From positions 1 to 44,168 of the forward strand of contig JBHENA010000001.1 in assembly GCA_046262275.1 (NCBI GenBank): DNA of 44,168 nucleotides, read 5' to 3'. How positions within the stretch are numbered: the stretch's first letter is position 1; every line of letters begins with the position of its first letter. Of the stretch, positions 25,211 through 34,837 are shown one piece after another. Source of the DNA: Chthoniobacterales bacterium. Its GTDB lineage: Bacteria > Verrucomicrobiota > Verrucomicrobiia > Chthoniobacterales > UBA10450. The notes beneath the pieces were generated by a model. That model was given only the letters and a program-made list of their open reading frames with translations. It was not told the origin of the DNA and searched no databases. A program made the translations under genes and the position numbers.

Positions 25211-26857
25211 ATGATCGCCCTCCTCGAATTTTTTGCCGCGCGTCCGTCTCTGTTCTACCTCGTCGGGCTCGTGCCGCTTTTCGCCTCTGTTGCACTCGCT
25301 GCCGTGGGAGGATCGCTTTCGCGGGCAACACATCGGTTTGAATGTACGTTCCTGGCTGTCGCATCGGCCACCGTCGTGATCTGGCGCTGGCCGATGCTGC
25401 TGTGGCCGAATCCGTTGAATATTGACGAAGGCTACTTTACGGCTGGGGCCCTCAAAGCCACAGTTGATTTCGCGCCGTGGCGCGGATTCGACACTGCTAC
25501 GAGCGGACCGCTGAATGCGTATATTCTCGCGCTGCCGGCGTTGTTTGGCGCTCGAATCAGCTTGTTCTCCAGCCGCGTCATCGCGCTGTCCCTTGTGCTT
25601 GGGACGCTCGCGGCGTTTTACTACGCGGCGAAGTGGTCGTTCGGCGCGCGTACAGCACGACTCGCGCTCTTGCCGCCGCTGCTGTTTTTCGCGATTACCA
25701 CAGACCCGGAATTTGTCCACGCTTCCACCGAGCACCTCTCGATTTTCTTGAGCACAGTCGCTCTCGCGGCGGTCGCGTATCTCACTCACGCTGAAGCGAA
25801 CACGCGACGCATTGCGGCGTGCGTCGTCGGCGGACTGTGCCTTGGAAGCGCGGTCTTCGCCAAGCTTCAGGTAGCGCCAATCATACCCGCGATCTTTGCT
25901 GGTGCTGCCGTCGCTCTGTTCCTGGCGCGGAAAGCTCCCGGGGCGAAGCCGATTCGTGAAACCGGCGCTCTGCTGCTGTCGGCGAGCCTCGTCCCTGCGC
26001 TCATCGCGATCTCGCTCGCGGTGACCGGCGCATGGAACGATGCCGTGATCTCTTATCTCGGCTCGTCCTTGGCATTCATCGACCAAGGCAGGCCGGTCGG
26101 CTGGAGCTTCTTCTTCGACAACTCGCCATGGTACACCGCATTTCTCGTCGGTTCGCTCCTGGTCATAGTGGCAGGCGCTATGGCACTGATCGCCTACAGA
26201 CGTTTACCCGCCCGTTCTGTCGCGCTTGCATCAGGATCAGCCCTGCTCTTGCTCGCCGCCTTCGTGGCGATCTACCAACCTCACCGGCCCTGGCGGCATT
26301 ACTTGTTATTCTCGATCGTGCCAATCAGTTACTGCGTCGCGGCTGCCATCCGGCTGACGCGCGATGCGGGTTGGTGGAGCGGTCGCGAGCTGCGGCTGAC
26401 GCTGTTATCGATTGCGCTGTTCCTCGTTCCGACACTCATGATTGCGGGTGCGATCCCGCATCCCTTCTTACGCGCGCATCCGGTCGACGTTGCCCGGGCG
26501 CAGATAAAAGCCATTGCTCGTTACGCCTCTCCCGGCAGTCGCGTCGCGGTTTGGGGCTGGATGCCACATTACTACGTCGAGACAGAGACGATTCCGGCCA
26601 CACGAGAAGCGGAAACAATCCGTCAGATCGAGCCGGGGCCATACCGGGAATTCTTCCGGAGTCGCTTTTTGTCAGATCTGAAGGCGTCCATGCCGATCGT
26701 CTTCGTCGATGCCGTCGCGCCGGGCACATGGTATTTCAACAATCGGGCTACCCAGGGGCTCGAGACATTTCCCGAGCTTCACGCCTTCATCACAGCACAC
26801 TATGCCCTGAAGGAGGAGAGCGCTGGTGTCCGTATCTTCGTCCGCAACGCGCCGTGA
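25211..26857 (+). CDS. GT-C glycosyltransferase, ArnT/PMT-like (GT39/GT83-type), multi-pass membrane protein
   Basis: 548 aa with about 11 or more hydrophobic helices. The first-loop acidic motif is NIDEGYF, followed by TSGPLNAYILALPALFG. A soluble C-terminal domain is present. Confidence 0.7.
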   Translation: MIALLEFFAARPSLFYLVGLVPLFASVALAAVGGSLSRATHRFECTFLAVASATVVIWRWPMLLWPNPLNIDEGYFTAGALKATVDFAPWRGFDTATSGPLNAYILALPALFGARISLFSSRVIALSLVLGTLAAFYYAAKWSFGARTARLALLPPLLFFAITTDPEFVHASTEHLSIFLSTVALAAVAYLTHAEANTRRIAACVVGGLCLGSAVFAKLQVAPIIPAIFAGAAVALFLARKAPGAKPIRETGALLLSASLVPALIAISLAVTGAWNDAVISYLGSSLAFIDQGRPVGWSFFFDNSPWYTAFLVGSLLVIVAGAMALIAYRRLPARSVALASGSALLLLAAFVAIYQPHRPWRHYLLFSIVPISYCVAAAIRLTRDAGWWSGRELRLTLLSIALFLVPTLMIAGAIPHPFLRAHPVDVARAQIKAIARYASPGSRVAVWGWMPHYYVETETIPATREAETIRQIEPGPYREFFRSRFLSDLKASMPIVFVDAVAPGTWYFNNRATQGLETFPELHAFITAHYALKEESAGVRIFVRNAP

Positions 26858-26922
26858 TCTGTCGGCAGGTCGAGACCGCGCCGGCTTCGCTATTCAGTAT
26901 TGCTGGGGATGCGAGCAATCGT

Positions 26923-28083
26923 ATGATTGCGCGCAGCATGCCACCACAAGCGGCTACACCCGCGTCGGGCCCGAGTTCGTTCTGGAAGGAATCGCGCACC
27001 GACATCTGGCCGGTGCTTGTCGCGTTCGTCGCGTCGCGTGTGGTCATCGTGGGAGTGATGTTGCTGTCGCAGATGGTGATTCTGCGCGGCCGATTCTGGC
27101 GACCCGGCGGTCTGCTCGAAGTTCTGAGTAACTGGGACGGGGTCTACTATCTGCACATCGCCCGGCACGGTTACTTCTACATCCCCGAGATGTCGTCTAC
27201 GATCGTCTTCTTCCCGGTCTATCCGCTCGCCGTCCGCCTTTTCTCGTTTATCTTTCACGACTTCCGTGTCGCTGCCGTCGTGGTGGCGAACGTAGCGCTG
27301 CTGCTGGCGGCGCTGCTGCTCGAACGGCTGGTCAGGCAGGACTACGGCCGGCGGGTCAGCACGGCGGCGGTCGTGTTCCTCATGTTTAGCCCGGTGAGCT
27401 TTTTCTTCTCGAGCATGTACACCGAGTCGACCTTTCTCCTCTTTGCGGTAGCCGCTTTTTTTGCTGCAGTGAAGCGCCGGTGGCTGCTCGCATGCATCTG
27501 CGGATTGATCCTGTCGGCGACACGGAACATCGGATTTCTCATCGCCCTGCCGTTGTTCATCGAGCATCTGCGGCAAACGTGGAACCGCACGGCACCGATC
27601 TCGAGCCTGCTCCATCCACGCGTGTTGTTCATCGCGCTCGTTCCCGGCGGTCTCGGCTTGTATATGTTGTATGCGTACATCCGAGTGAATGACGCGCTAG
27701 CGTTCACGCGCTATCAGGCGCACTGGAATCGCAATCTCGTCTCGCCGCTGCATACGCTCACCCACTCCGGATGGCTGGAGCCGTTCTACTGGTGGCTCTT
27801 CAACGGAATTTTGGCGGTAGCTGCGATCCTGTGGGTGGCGGGCATCTTCTTCAGGGTGCGCGCGAGCTATCTGGTTTGGACAGCAATGCTGACGCTGAGC
27901 TACTTGTCCACGAACACGCTCGAAGCGCTGCCGCGATATCTCAGTATAGCGTTCCCATTGTTCATCGTTCTTGGGCTGATCAGCACGCGGTTATCAGCGG
28001 CTTACGAGTCTCTTCTGGCTGGATCGGTGGCGCTACTCACCATGTGCACAATCCTGTTCACGATGGGCTACTGGATGACCTGA
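26923..28083 (+). CDS. PIG-V/Gpi18-like GT-C mannosyltransferase-family membrane protein, paralogue A
   Basis: Motifs NWDGVYYLHIARHGY, FFPVYP, YTESTF and LEALPRYLSIAFPLF, in a multi-pass protein. The start is uncertain: ATG 26923 or 26938, or GTG 26854, which overlaps the previous stop. The upstream part of ORF 26032.. overlaps the preceding gene and I discard it. Confidence 0.8.
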   Translation: MIARSMPPQAATPASGPSSFWKESRTDIWPVLVAFVASRVVIVGVMLLSQMVILRGRFWRPGGLLEVLSNWDGVYYLHIARHGYFYIPEMSSTIVFFPVYPLAVRLFSFIFHDFRVAAVVVANVALLLAALLLERLVRQDYGRRVSTAAVVFLMFSPVSFFFSSMYTESTFLLFAVAAFFAAVKRRWLLACICGLILSATRNIGFLIALPLFIEHLRQTWNRTAPISSLLHPRVLFIALVPGGLGLYMLYAYIRVNDALAFTRYQAHWNRNLVSPLHTLTHSGWLEPFYWWLFNGILAVAAILWVAGIFFRVRASYLVWTAMLTLSYLSTNTLEALPRYLSIAFPLFIVLGLISTRLSAAYESLLAGSVALLTMCTILFTMGYWMT

Positions 28084-28685
28084 TGGTGTTGCATCCTGTA
28101 GACCACAAAGCTAAGCCATGCCACCGCAAGAGGTGCGCGGTCGCCGCCGCCTTTCTGTGCATGGCCGCGTGCCTCTCTGGCTGCGGCGAGGACCCTCCCG
28201 GCGATCCCCGGTCTTCTCTCACGCACGTGTACGTGTACGGCGAGACTGTGCGCTTCGGCCTGGGTGGCGATTCACATCGCTTTTGCACGACAGGCTGGAG
28301 TTTTAGCGAGCGCGGTTTCGTCTGGAACGACGGCCCGGCCGCTTCGCTGACGTTTTCGATCGCTCCCCCGCAGCCGCCGACAGATCTACTCCTCACGATA
28401 AAGCTGGGGCCGATGCTCGCGCCGCCGGATCTCGCTGTGCAGCCAGTTGATGTGTATGCGCATGGCGAGAAGGTGGCAAGTTGGCAAGTGACTGAAGAAG
28501 GCGTTTACACTGCCGAGATCCCGCAACACCTGACGATACGCGGCTATTTGAACATCGACCTGCACATGCCGAAAGCCATCGCGCCAGCGGAAGTGGGGCT
28601 CGGTTCAGATGCCCGACGACTTGCCATTCGTTGCTTCGAGTTGAAGCTCGATCTGGAGTCGAACGCGACCGCTCCCGCACCATAA
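28083..28685 (+). CDS. Lipoprotein, uncharacterised family, paralogue A
   Basis: The start ATG overlaps the PIG-V-A stop (TGATG). The signal peptide carries lipobox CLSGC. Shared domain blocks are GWSFSERGFVWNDG, QPVDVYAHGEKVASWQV and PKAIAPAEVGLGSDARRLAI. Confidence 0.7.
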   Translation: MVLHPVDHKAKPCHRKRCAVAAAFLCMAACLSGCGEDPPGDPRSSLTHVYVYGETVRFGLGGDSHRFCTTGWSFSERGFVWNDGPAASLTFSIAPPQPPTDLLLTIKLGPMLAPPDLAVQPVDVYAHGEKVASWQVTEEGVYTAEIPQHLTIRGYLNIDLHMPKAIAPAEVGLGSDARRLAIRCFELKLDLESNATAPAP

Positions 28686-28788
28686 GGCGAGCTGAGCCGC
28701 GCGGCGGCCGGACCGGAGGAGTCCGCAGCGTTTCGCTTGCGGGCGCCACTCGGTGTCCATTGCGGCGGTAGACGAGCTTCAGGTATCG

Positions 28789-29964
28789 CTACGGCTCCCC
28801 CATGTTCCCGAGAAACAGCTCCATCTCCACAAAGCAGGATGCGGCGGCGATGGATGCTACGACAACGCAGGCTAGCCTTGGCCTGTTCTTCAGCACATCG
28901 GCCATCATGATGTAGATGGGTAGGAGCACCGAGACATACCGTGTCCAGCCAAACGGACGATGCAGATAGACGATCAGTGAGAAATTGAACAAGGCGATAT
29001 AGAACATCTCCATGTAGCGCTTCTTGACCGCGCAATAGACGATCGCGATGATCGACAACCAGAAGGCGATCGTCTCAATGCGCCAGGAGAACGCCAGGTA
29101 TGTGAAGACCCACACCTTCGGGTTCGTTCCCGCCGCGACGTGCGTCTCAATAAGCTCCCGCACCCATCCAGCCCCGGCGGCGGACTGGCTCGTGCCCATC
29201 ACTGCCAGCGCGACGTGCCAGCTCGCAGCAACGAGAAGACCGCTCGAGGTAGCGAGCAATGGCCGCCAGTGAATTCGGCGGTCGCGGAGACAGTAGAACA
29301 CCTGCTCGACGAACAGTGCCGCGACCAGGAATGTTCCCATCATCCGCACCAACGCAGAGACTCCGGCAATAACGCTCCCCCACCCGATCCGCTCTTTCTG
29401 ACGCAGAACGAACGCAACCGCAGTTAGTGCTACGTAATAAGACTCTGAGTAGGCGGCGAAAAAGACGTTGTGCCCGGGATAAAAGAAGAGGAGGAACACT
29501 ACGAGCCATGGGGCTACTCCTTTCAGGCGGGCGTCATTCTTAACGTAGACAGTGAGCGCCCACGCTATCACCAAGTGGCTAATCAGGTTTAACACGACCG
29601 CGCTCTTTTCGAACGCATCTGGCGGACCGAACCGGAAGATCCCGGTCACTAGCCGCAGCGTGTATGGGTAAAGTGGCGGCCAGACGAAGAGGTCGAAGTG
29701 TTCGTAGAGCCGCCGGTAGATTGTGCCGTCCCAGCCTTGGTAGAGATAGGCAGGGAACCAGCGGAAGGGGCGCAGCAGTTCCGGAATCTTGCCTGCGCCA
29801 AACAGCGCGCAGAAAACGTATTGAATCGTATAGACGGCGGTGACCGTGACGACCCAGTCGGGCACCCGAAAAGGTGGTAGCCGCTCGCGCGTCTGATCTA
29901 ACAAAGCTTGTGCTTTCACATCGAAACGTCTGACCGCGTTCGCTTCACGCAGTCGACGCGCCAC
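28789..29964 (-). CDS. Divergent PIG-V-like GT-C membrane protein, paralogue E
   Basis: Motifs YQGWDGTIYRRLYEHF, WPPLYPY, AAYSESYY and GWTRYVSVLLPIY, in a multi-pass protein. It is the last gene of the minus-strand GT2 / STELLO-like / SDR operon. Confidence 0.7.
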   Translation of the reverse strand: MARRLREANAVRRFDVKAQALLDQTRERLPPFRVPDWVVTVTAVYTIQYVFCALFGAGKIPELLRPFRWFPAYLYQGWDGTIYRRLYEHFDLFVWPPLYPYTLRLVTGIFRFGPPDAFEKSAVVLNLISHLVIAWALTVYVKNDARLKGVAPWLVVFLLFFYPGHNVFFAAYSESYYVALTAVAFVLRQKERIGWGSVIAGVSALVRMMGTFLVAALFVEQVFYCLRDRRIHWRPLLATSSGLLVAASWHVALAVMGTSQSAAGAGWVRELIETHVAAGTNPKVWVFTYLAFSWRIETIAFWLSIIAIVYCAVKKRYMEMFYIALFNFSLIVYLHRPFGWTRYVSVLLPIYIMMADVLKNRPRLACVVVASIAAASCFVEMELFLGNMGEP

Positions 29965-30039
29965 TCATCGTCACCGATGTTCGGTGGTGCAAGCGCAAAC
30001 CGCACAAGCGTGCCTGCGCGGCGCTTTCCCCGACCGTTG

Positions 30040-31032
30040 CTACGCGCCGGCTACTCGGCTGCGGTAGTACTCGATCGCCCGTTCGATGCCCTCGCGGAAA
30101 TCGACCTTGTAGGTGAACCCGAGGCTCTTCTGCTTCGTCATATCGCCACCGCGCGCGAACACGCCTTCGGGTTTGTTTGACGTACCCACGACTTCCGGCG
30201 AGTAGCCGCACGCTTCAGCGGCCATTTTGGCGAATTGTTTGAAGCTGGTGAAGATGCCGGTCGACAAGTTGATGGCTTTCGCGTCGTCGATCTTTTCCAT
30301 CGTCTGCAACACGCCATCGATGCAGTCCTCGATATGGATGAAGTCGCGCATCTGATCGCCGGTGCCCCAGACGGTTAAGAGAGACTTGTCTTGGTTGCTT
30401 AAAGCCCGCTTACAAATGCTCGGGAAAGGATAAGTGTCGTCCTGGTCCTCGCCATAACCAGAGAACGGCCGATACACCACTGACTTCAACCCGTGCTTCT
30501 CGTATGCGAGCTGCGCGAGATATTCGTGCGTCAGCTTCGCCCAGCCGTAAGACATGTCCGGCATACCGATGTCATCGGTAAACTCAATCATCTCTTCTTT
30601 CAGCAGGATGTAGTCATCCTTCCGCTGATACCGGATCGGGTAAGCAGCGCTCGAACTGAAACAGATCGTTCGCTTCGGCTCCGCCCGGACCGCCCAAGCC
30701 CAGAATTCAGAGTCGATCGACAGATCCTCGGCGACCGCCAGCGGATTCTGTTCGATGACGAGACGGCCACCGACGACTGCCGCCAAATGGAAGGCAATAT
30801 CGAAATCCTTGTCGGCAACACGTTTGAAATAGTGCCGGCAATCTTCGCCGTGGAAGTGAAAGTTTTTGTAATCGCGCGGCTCGTAGAGCGGCCACTTGCT
30901 ATCCGGAGAAATCCCACCGGTGAGCGGCTCGATATTGTCCACGCAATGGACCTCGTCGCGCGCGTCGAGCAGACGCTTCACAAGGTGTCGGCCAACGAAA
31001 CCGGCGCCTCCCGTGACGAGTACTTTACGCAT
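30040..31032 (-). CDS. NAD-dependent sugar-nucleotide epimerase/dehydratase (extended SDR)
   Basis: MRKVLVTGGAGFVGRHL (the GxxGxxG motif), SSSAAY and the catalytic YGWAKL (YxxxK). It has an 8-nt overlap with the upstream gene. Confidence 0.85.
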   Translation of the reverse strand: MRKVLVTGGAGFVGRHLVKRLLDARDEVHCVDNIEPLTGGISPDSKWPLYEPRDYKNFHFHGEDCRHYFKRVADKDFDIAFHLAAVVGGRLVIEQNPLAVAEDLSIDSEFWAWAVRAEPKRTICFSSSAAYPIRYQRKDDYILLKEEMIEFTDDIGMPDMSYGWAKLTHEYLAQLAYEKHGLKSVVYRPFSGYGEDQDDTYPFPSICKRALSNQDKSLLTVWGTGDQMRDFIHIEDCIDGVLQTMEKIDDAKAINLSTGIFTSFKQFAKMAAEACGYSPEVVGTSNKPEGVFARGGDMTKQKSLGFTYKVDFREGIERAIEYYRSRVAGA

Positions 31033-31945
31033 TTGTGAAATGTTTCTGATAGAGCCGGAAGGCCTCTACTGAGCGCTCCGGCAGGTAGTTCAGAATCTTG
31101 TCGGGATCTTCGACGAGTTCCGCCACGATCTTGTGGTTGTGTTCATACCCGAGGTACTCGGCCTTCATGTCCTTGGTAAGATCATGCACGTTGCGCTGCT
31201 GATACACTGATGCTTTTCCGAACACGACCTTGCGGCCTTTCGCCTGCACGTAGAATGCTGCCCAGATGTCATCCATCCGGCCGACGTGCGGATAAAGGAA
31301 GTAATCTTTCAAGACGCTTCCGGCCAAAAAGGTATTCTGCGAGTTGAAGGGCGACATCTTGTTCGCCGCAATCGGGAAACAACTCTCGTCGAACTTGCAT
31401 TCGGGTGCGTGCTCCATCCGGCAGAACGCGTCGATGTCCGGATCGCCATCCCAGAAATCCGCCTGAACGTCAGGACGAATGGTCTTCTTGCTCTTCCGCG
31501 AGTAGTCGCGTTTCGACAGCATCGTGAGCGGAAACCCACGGTGCCACAGTTTCCCGTGGTTCGTCGCGCCGACAGGATCGAACACGGGAAGATCGGTCTC
31601 GTAATAGTTGGTCTCTACGTCTTTTCCGATCACGAGATCTTTTCCCCAGCCTTCGTAAGGAATGTTGTCGTCATCCACTGCGGCGACGATGTCCGCCCCC
31701 ATGTCATGCGCCCAGAGCAGGCCGAAGTTCCGCCGCTGGATGCAATTCCAGCCAATCGCATCGGAAAGCTCCTTGTCGTAATCCTCCTGCATTTCCGGGG
31801 TAACGTAGATTCCGCGGTCGAGCTGATAATCCGGGGGCGTCTTCTTATCGCCGATCACGACGAGATCCCAGTCCTCGAAGGTCTGGAAGCGCGCCATCGC
31901 GTCGGTGATGGGATTGATAGTGGTAGTGACGATGACTTTTTTCAT
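31025..31945 (-). CDS. STELLO/DUF288-like glycosyltransferase
   Basis: KKVIVTTTINPITDAMARF...DWDLVVIGDKKTPPDY...RRNFGLLWAHDMGADIVAAVDDDNIP follows the layout I recall for the DUF288 (STELLO) family. That layout is IV.S...PT, a K.W..VV.GD.KTP block, then a DDD acidic motif. The coding call is strong; the family call is moderate. Confidence 0.6.
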   Translation of the reverse strand: MKKVIVTTTINPITDAMARFQTFEDWDLVVIGDKKTPPDYQLDRGIYVTPEMQEDYDKELSDAIGWNCIQRRNFGLLWAHDMGADIVAAVDDDNIPYEGWGKDLVIGKDVETNYYETDLPVFDPVGATNHGKLWHRGFPLTMLSKRDYSRKSKKTIRPDVQADFWDGDPDIDAFCRMEHAPECKFDESCFPIAANKMSPFNSQNTFLAGSVLKDYFLYPHVGRMDDIWAAFYVQAKGRKVVFGKASVYQQRNVHDLTKDMKAEYLGYEHNHKIVAELVEDPDKILNYLPERSVEAFRLYQKHFTNA

Positions 31946-32664
31946 TTTAGGAGTTTTTCTTTCTGAGCGAATCGGGTTTTAAATCCGGGCGCGAAGTAGG
32001 CGAAGTTTCTGAGGAACGTATTTTGGGATTCGCCTTCGACTCGTGCTTTCCACGGCGTCGCAATCTCTCTAACGGGGACGCCGAGGCGAAGCGGTTTGAT
32101 CAACGTTTCGAAAAAGAATGGGTGTCGCAGCTCCTCCCAACGAATCGACTTCACAACGTGCGCGGGGAAGATCCGGAAGCCATACGTCATGTCGGTTAGT
32201 TTCACGCCGTAGAGCACTGAAAAAATCTTCTGGAACACGTAGTTCGAGACCAGCTTCACTTTGTTGTAGCCTTCGAAGCCTCCACCCTTAATCCACCGCG
32301 ACGCGGTGATGATGGCGTCCGGGGTTTTCTTTGCCTCTGCGATGAGTTCCTTGACCGTCGCGGGCTCGGTCTCTAGGTCGCTCGCCATCATCAGGACATG
32401 GCTGCCGCGCGCGAGATCGAAGGCTTCGCGCAGAGCACCGCCCACGAACGGCAGCTTCTGGAAGTGAAGCACGAACTTTTCCGGAGCGGAGTCCACATAC
32501 GACCGGCAGATCGCAACGCTTTCTGGAGTGGTGCGGTCGCAGACGCTGAGAATGTATTCGCACACGTCCGGGGCACACTCCTCTTCCACGATCCGGACGC
32601 TCTTGCGGAGCGACTCCGTCTCGTCCATCACGGGCAACAAAATGGTAGCTGAGGTAAAGGGCAA
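31942..32664 (-). CDS. GT2 polyprenyl-phosphate glycosyltransferase (Dpm1/Ppm1-like)
   Basis: ILLPVMDETESL, the acidic motif MMASDLE, and ASRWIKGGGFEGY...TDMTYGFRIF are typical of dolichol/polyprenol-phosphate sugar synthases. It has an ATGA overlap with the next gene. Confidence 0.8.
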   Translation of the reverse strand: MPFTSATILLPVMDETESLRKSVRIVEEECAPDVCEYILSVCDRTTPESVAICRSYVDSAPEKFVLHFQKLPFVGGALREAFDLARGSHVLMMASDLETEPATVKELIAEAKKTPDAIITASRWIKGGGFEGYNKVKLVSNYVFQKIFSVLYGVKLTDMTYGFRIFPAHVVKSIRWEELRHPFFFETLIKPLRLGVPVREIATPWKARVEGESQNTFLRNFAYFAPGFKTRFAQKEKLLK

Positions 32665-32808
32665 GCGCCTATGATTCCACGGTTGAGCAGATTCACCACG
32701 AATTTTTTCGGCCCGCTGCGAGCCGCCGGCCGTCGCATTTATTCCACCGCTTTTTCTTAGGACAAGATCTTCTGCTCGCCTCGAATCGCCTCCGGTGGTG
32801 GAGTCTGG

Positions 32809-34146
32809 ATGTGCGAAAGTGAACCAATGCGCCGCAATCCGAAGCGTCGCAAACGCGCCGCCTGCGTCTTGGCAGCCGGCTCTGAGCGATTTGAGGACGC
32901 TTTCAGCTGCAGCGAGCCGTTCATCCGATCCCGGCGGGAAGCGCGGTGCTTGCGTCGAAGCATTCCTCGGAATAATTGCAAAGCAGTGAGCGGCGAGACG
33001 CCTACCATTGCCCCGTCACCGCCCGATCCTCGTCCACTGCGCGAGCTATTCCGCGGCTGGCAGTGGGTCGTCGTCGCGTTCGTTTCCTCGCGCCTGCTGA
33101 TCTGCGCAATCATGGTGCTCTCGCGGATGGTGTTCAAGCCGTCGCAGTACTGGCAGTCAGGCCGCCTGCTTAGCGTCTTCATTCAGTGGGACGCGTCGCT
33201 CTGGTATCTCGATATCGTGCGCAAAGGTTATACCTACAGCCTTGTGGAACGCACGCCGATGCCGTTCTTTCCATTTTACCCACTCCTGGTGAAGGGGGTC
33301 TCGTTCATCTTTCACGATGTGCGAATCGCTGGGGTGCTGGTTGCGAATGCCTGTTTCATCGGCGCCGGCCTGTTATTCAACGCGCTGCTGAACCTTGATT
33401 ACGCCGATGCGCGGGTAAACCGCACGGCTGCGGTGTTCCTGATGTTCAGCCCGTATAGCTTCTTCTTCTCCTGCGCCTACACCGAATCTACGTTTCTCGT
33501 CCTCGCGATCGGTTCCCTGCTGGCGGCGCGACGCGGCCACTGGGTCCTAGCGTGTGTGCTTGGAATGTTTTTGTCGGGCACGCGGCAAGTCGGCCTTCTC
33601 ATCGGGCTCCCGCTCTTTATCGAGTACGTGCTCCAGCATTGGAGGCGTGGCGGCAGCATCTGGGGAGTGTTCCACCCGCGGCTGCTGCTTTTTGGATTGG
33701 TGCCGCTCGGGCTGGGAGGCTACATGCTCTTCAGCTACATTAAATTTGGAGACGCACTCGCGTTCGCGAACGTCTCGAAGCACGCATTTGAGCGCGGGTT
33801 TGCTTCCCCGCTGGTGACACTCGCGACCGTCGAACTCTACAGCGCATTTTACGACTGGCTGTTCATCGGCGTTCTCGTAACGAGCGTATTGCTCCTGATC
33901 GGCGGCATCTTCCTAAAAGTGCGCGTGAGCTATCTGGCGTACGCCGGCTTACTAACGACGACATATCTCTGCTCCAGTTCGTTGGAAGCGCTTCCCCGCT
34001 ATCTCAGCGTGGAGTTTGTTTTATTCCTCGTCCTCGGAGTGGTAAGCACGCGTTTTAAGTGGACTTACGAGCCGCTGCTCGTAGCGACGATCGGGCTACT
34101 CACCCTCTGTACCATTCTCTTTGCGACTGGCTTCTGGATCACATGA
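32809..34146 (+). CDS. PIG-V/Gpi18-like GT-C membrane protein, paralogue B
   Basis: Motifs QWDASLWYLDIVRKGY, FFPFYP, YTESTF and LEALPRYLSVEF. It aligns with paralogue A along its whole length. The start (32809 or 32827) is uncertain. Confidence 0.8.
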   Translation: MCESEPMRRNPKRRKRAACVLAAGSERFEDAFSCSEPFIRSRREARCLRRSIPRNNCKAVSGETPTIAPSPPDPRPLRELFRGWQWVVVAFVSSRLLICAIMVLSRMVFKPSQYWQSGRLLSVFIQWDASLWYLDIVRKGYTYSLVERTPMPFFPFYPLLVKGVSFIFHDVRIAGVLVANACFIGAGLLFNALLNLDYADARVNRTAAVFLMFSPYSFFFSCAYTESTFLVLAIGSLLAARRGHWVLACVLGMFLSGTRQVGLLIGLPLFIEYVLQHWRRGGSIWGVFHPRLLLFGLVPLGLGGYMLFSYIKFGDALAFANVSKHAFERGFASPLVTLATVELYSAFYDWLFIGVLVTSVLLLIGGIFLKVRVSYLAYAGLLTTTYLCSSSLEALPRYLSVEFVLFLVLGVVSTRFKWTYEPLLVATIGLLTLCTILFATGFWIT

Positions 34147-34264
34147 GTAACCGCATTGCTCGCCTTGCGGTTTCGCTAAACGATCGTGGTGAGTGCTGTA
34201 ATTTCCGGCTGCCATGATTGAGCTTGCGTCGGCTGCGCCTGTGCATTCTCGTCGCCTCTAACGT

Positions 34265-34837
34265 ATGTCACCAATTCGGGAGCGACTCCTTATGGTATGT
34301 GCGATTCCCCTGCTAGGTACAGCATTGCTTGTTGCGGGATGTGGGCAGGACGATCCGGCAGCGATCGAGGCTGCAAGGCCTCCGAGCAGCGTGTATGAAT
34401 ATAACGAGAAAATCAGCTTCGCACGCCACGGCAAGGCGCTGCGCCATCTCCTGACGGGATGGTCGTGGACGGAAGATCAATGGACATGGACGGAAGGTCT
34501 TGTAGCCGCTCTGGCCTTGCGCGTCGGCCCTGCTTCCGGTGGCCTGACACTGAACGTCAGAATGAGTGGCTTATTGCATCCGCCCGAGCTGACGGTTCAG
34601 CCAGTGCAAGTGCTCCTAAACGGCACGAAGATTACGGACTGGGAAGTAACGGATTTGAAGACCTACTCGGTCGCTATCCCATCTGAATTGCTTCCGACAG
34701 AGCCGACTGACTGGGTCATCGACTTCCTCGTGCCGAAGGCGACTTCTCCGGCGCACTTCATCCCCGGCGCTGACTCTCGCCGGCTTGCACTTCAGGTGTG
34801 GGATCTCACGATCTCCACCGCGCCGACGCCGCGATGA
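34265..34837 (+). CDS. Lipoprotein, uncharacterised family, paralogue B
   Basis: Lipobox LVAGC. Blocks GWSWTEDQWTWTEG, QPVQVLLNGTKITDWEV and PKATSPAHFIPGADSRRLAL. Its stop overlaps the next start (ATGA). Confidence 0.75.
   Translation: MSPIRERLLMVCAIPLLGTALLVAGCGQDDPAAIEAARPPSSVYEYNEKISFARHGKALRHLLTGWSWTEDQWTWTEGLVAALALRVGPASGGLTLNVRMSGLLHPPELTVQPVQVLLNGTKITDWEVTDLKTYSVAIPSELLPTEPTDWVIDFLVPKATSPAHFIPGADSRRLALQVWDLTISTAPTPR

Noticed and set aside
26032-26922. The N-terminal ~297 codons of the 683-aa ORF 26032..28083.
   Set aside because: This part overlaps the GT-C gene 25211-26857 in another frame and translates to Arg-rich nonsense. Family similarity to the other PIG-V-like paralogues begins only after about 26923.
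25202-27615. ORFs 25202..26086 (-, 294 aa) and 26890..27615 (-, 241 aa), and similar ones at 35062..35774 (-).
   Set aside because: They give highly charged R/E/D/Q-rich translations antisense to multi-pass membrane-protein genes that have clear family motifs. No motifs are recognisable in them.
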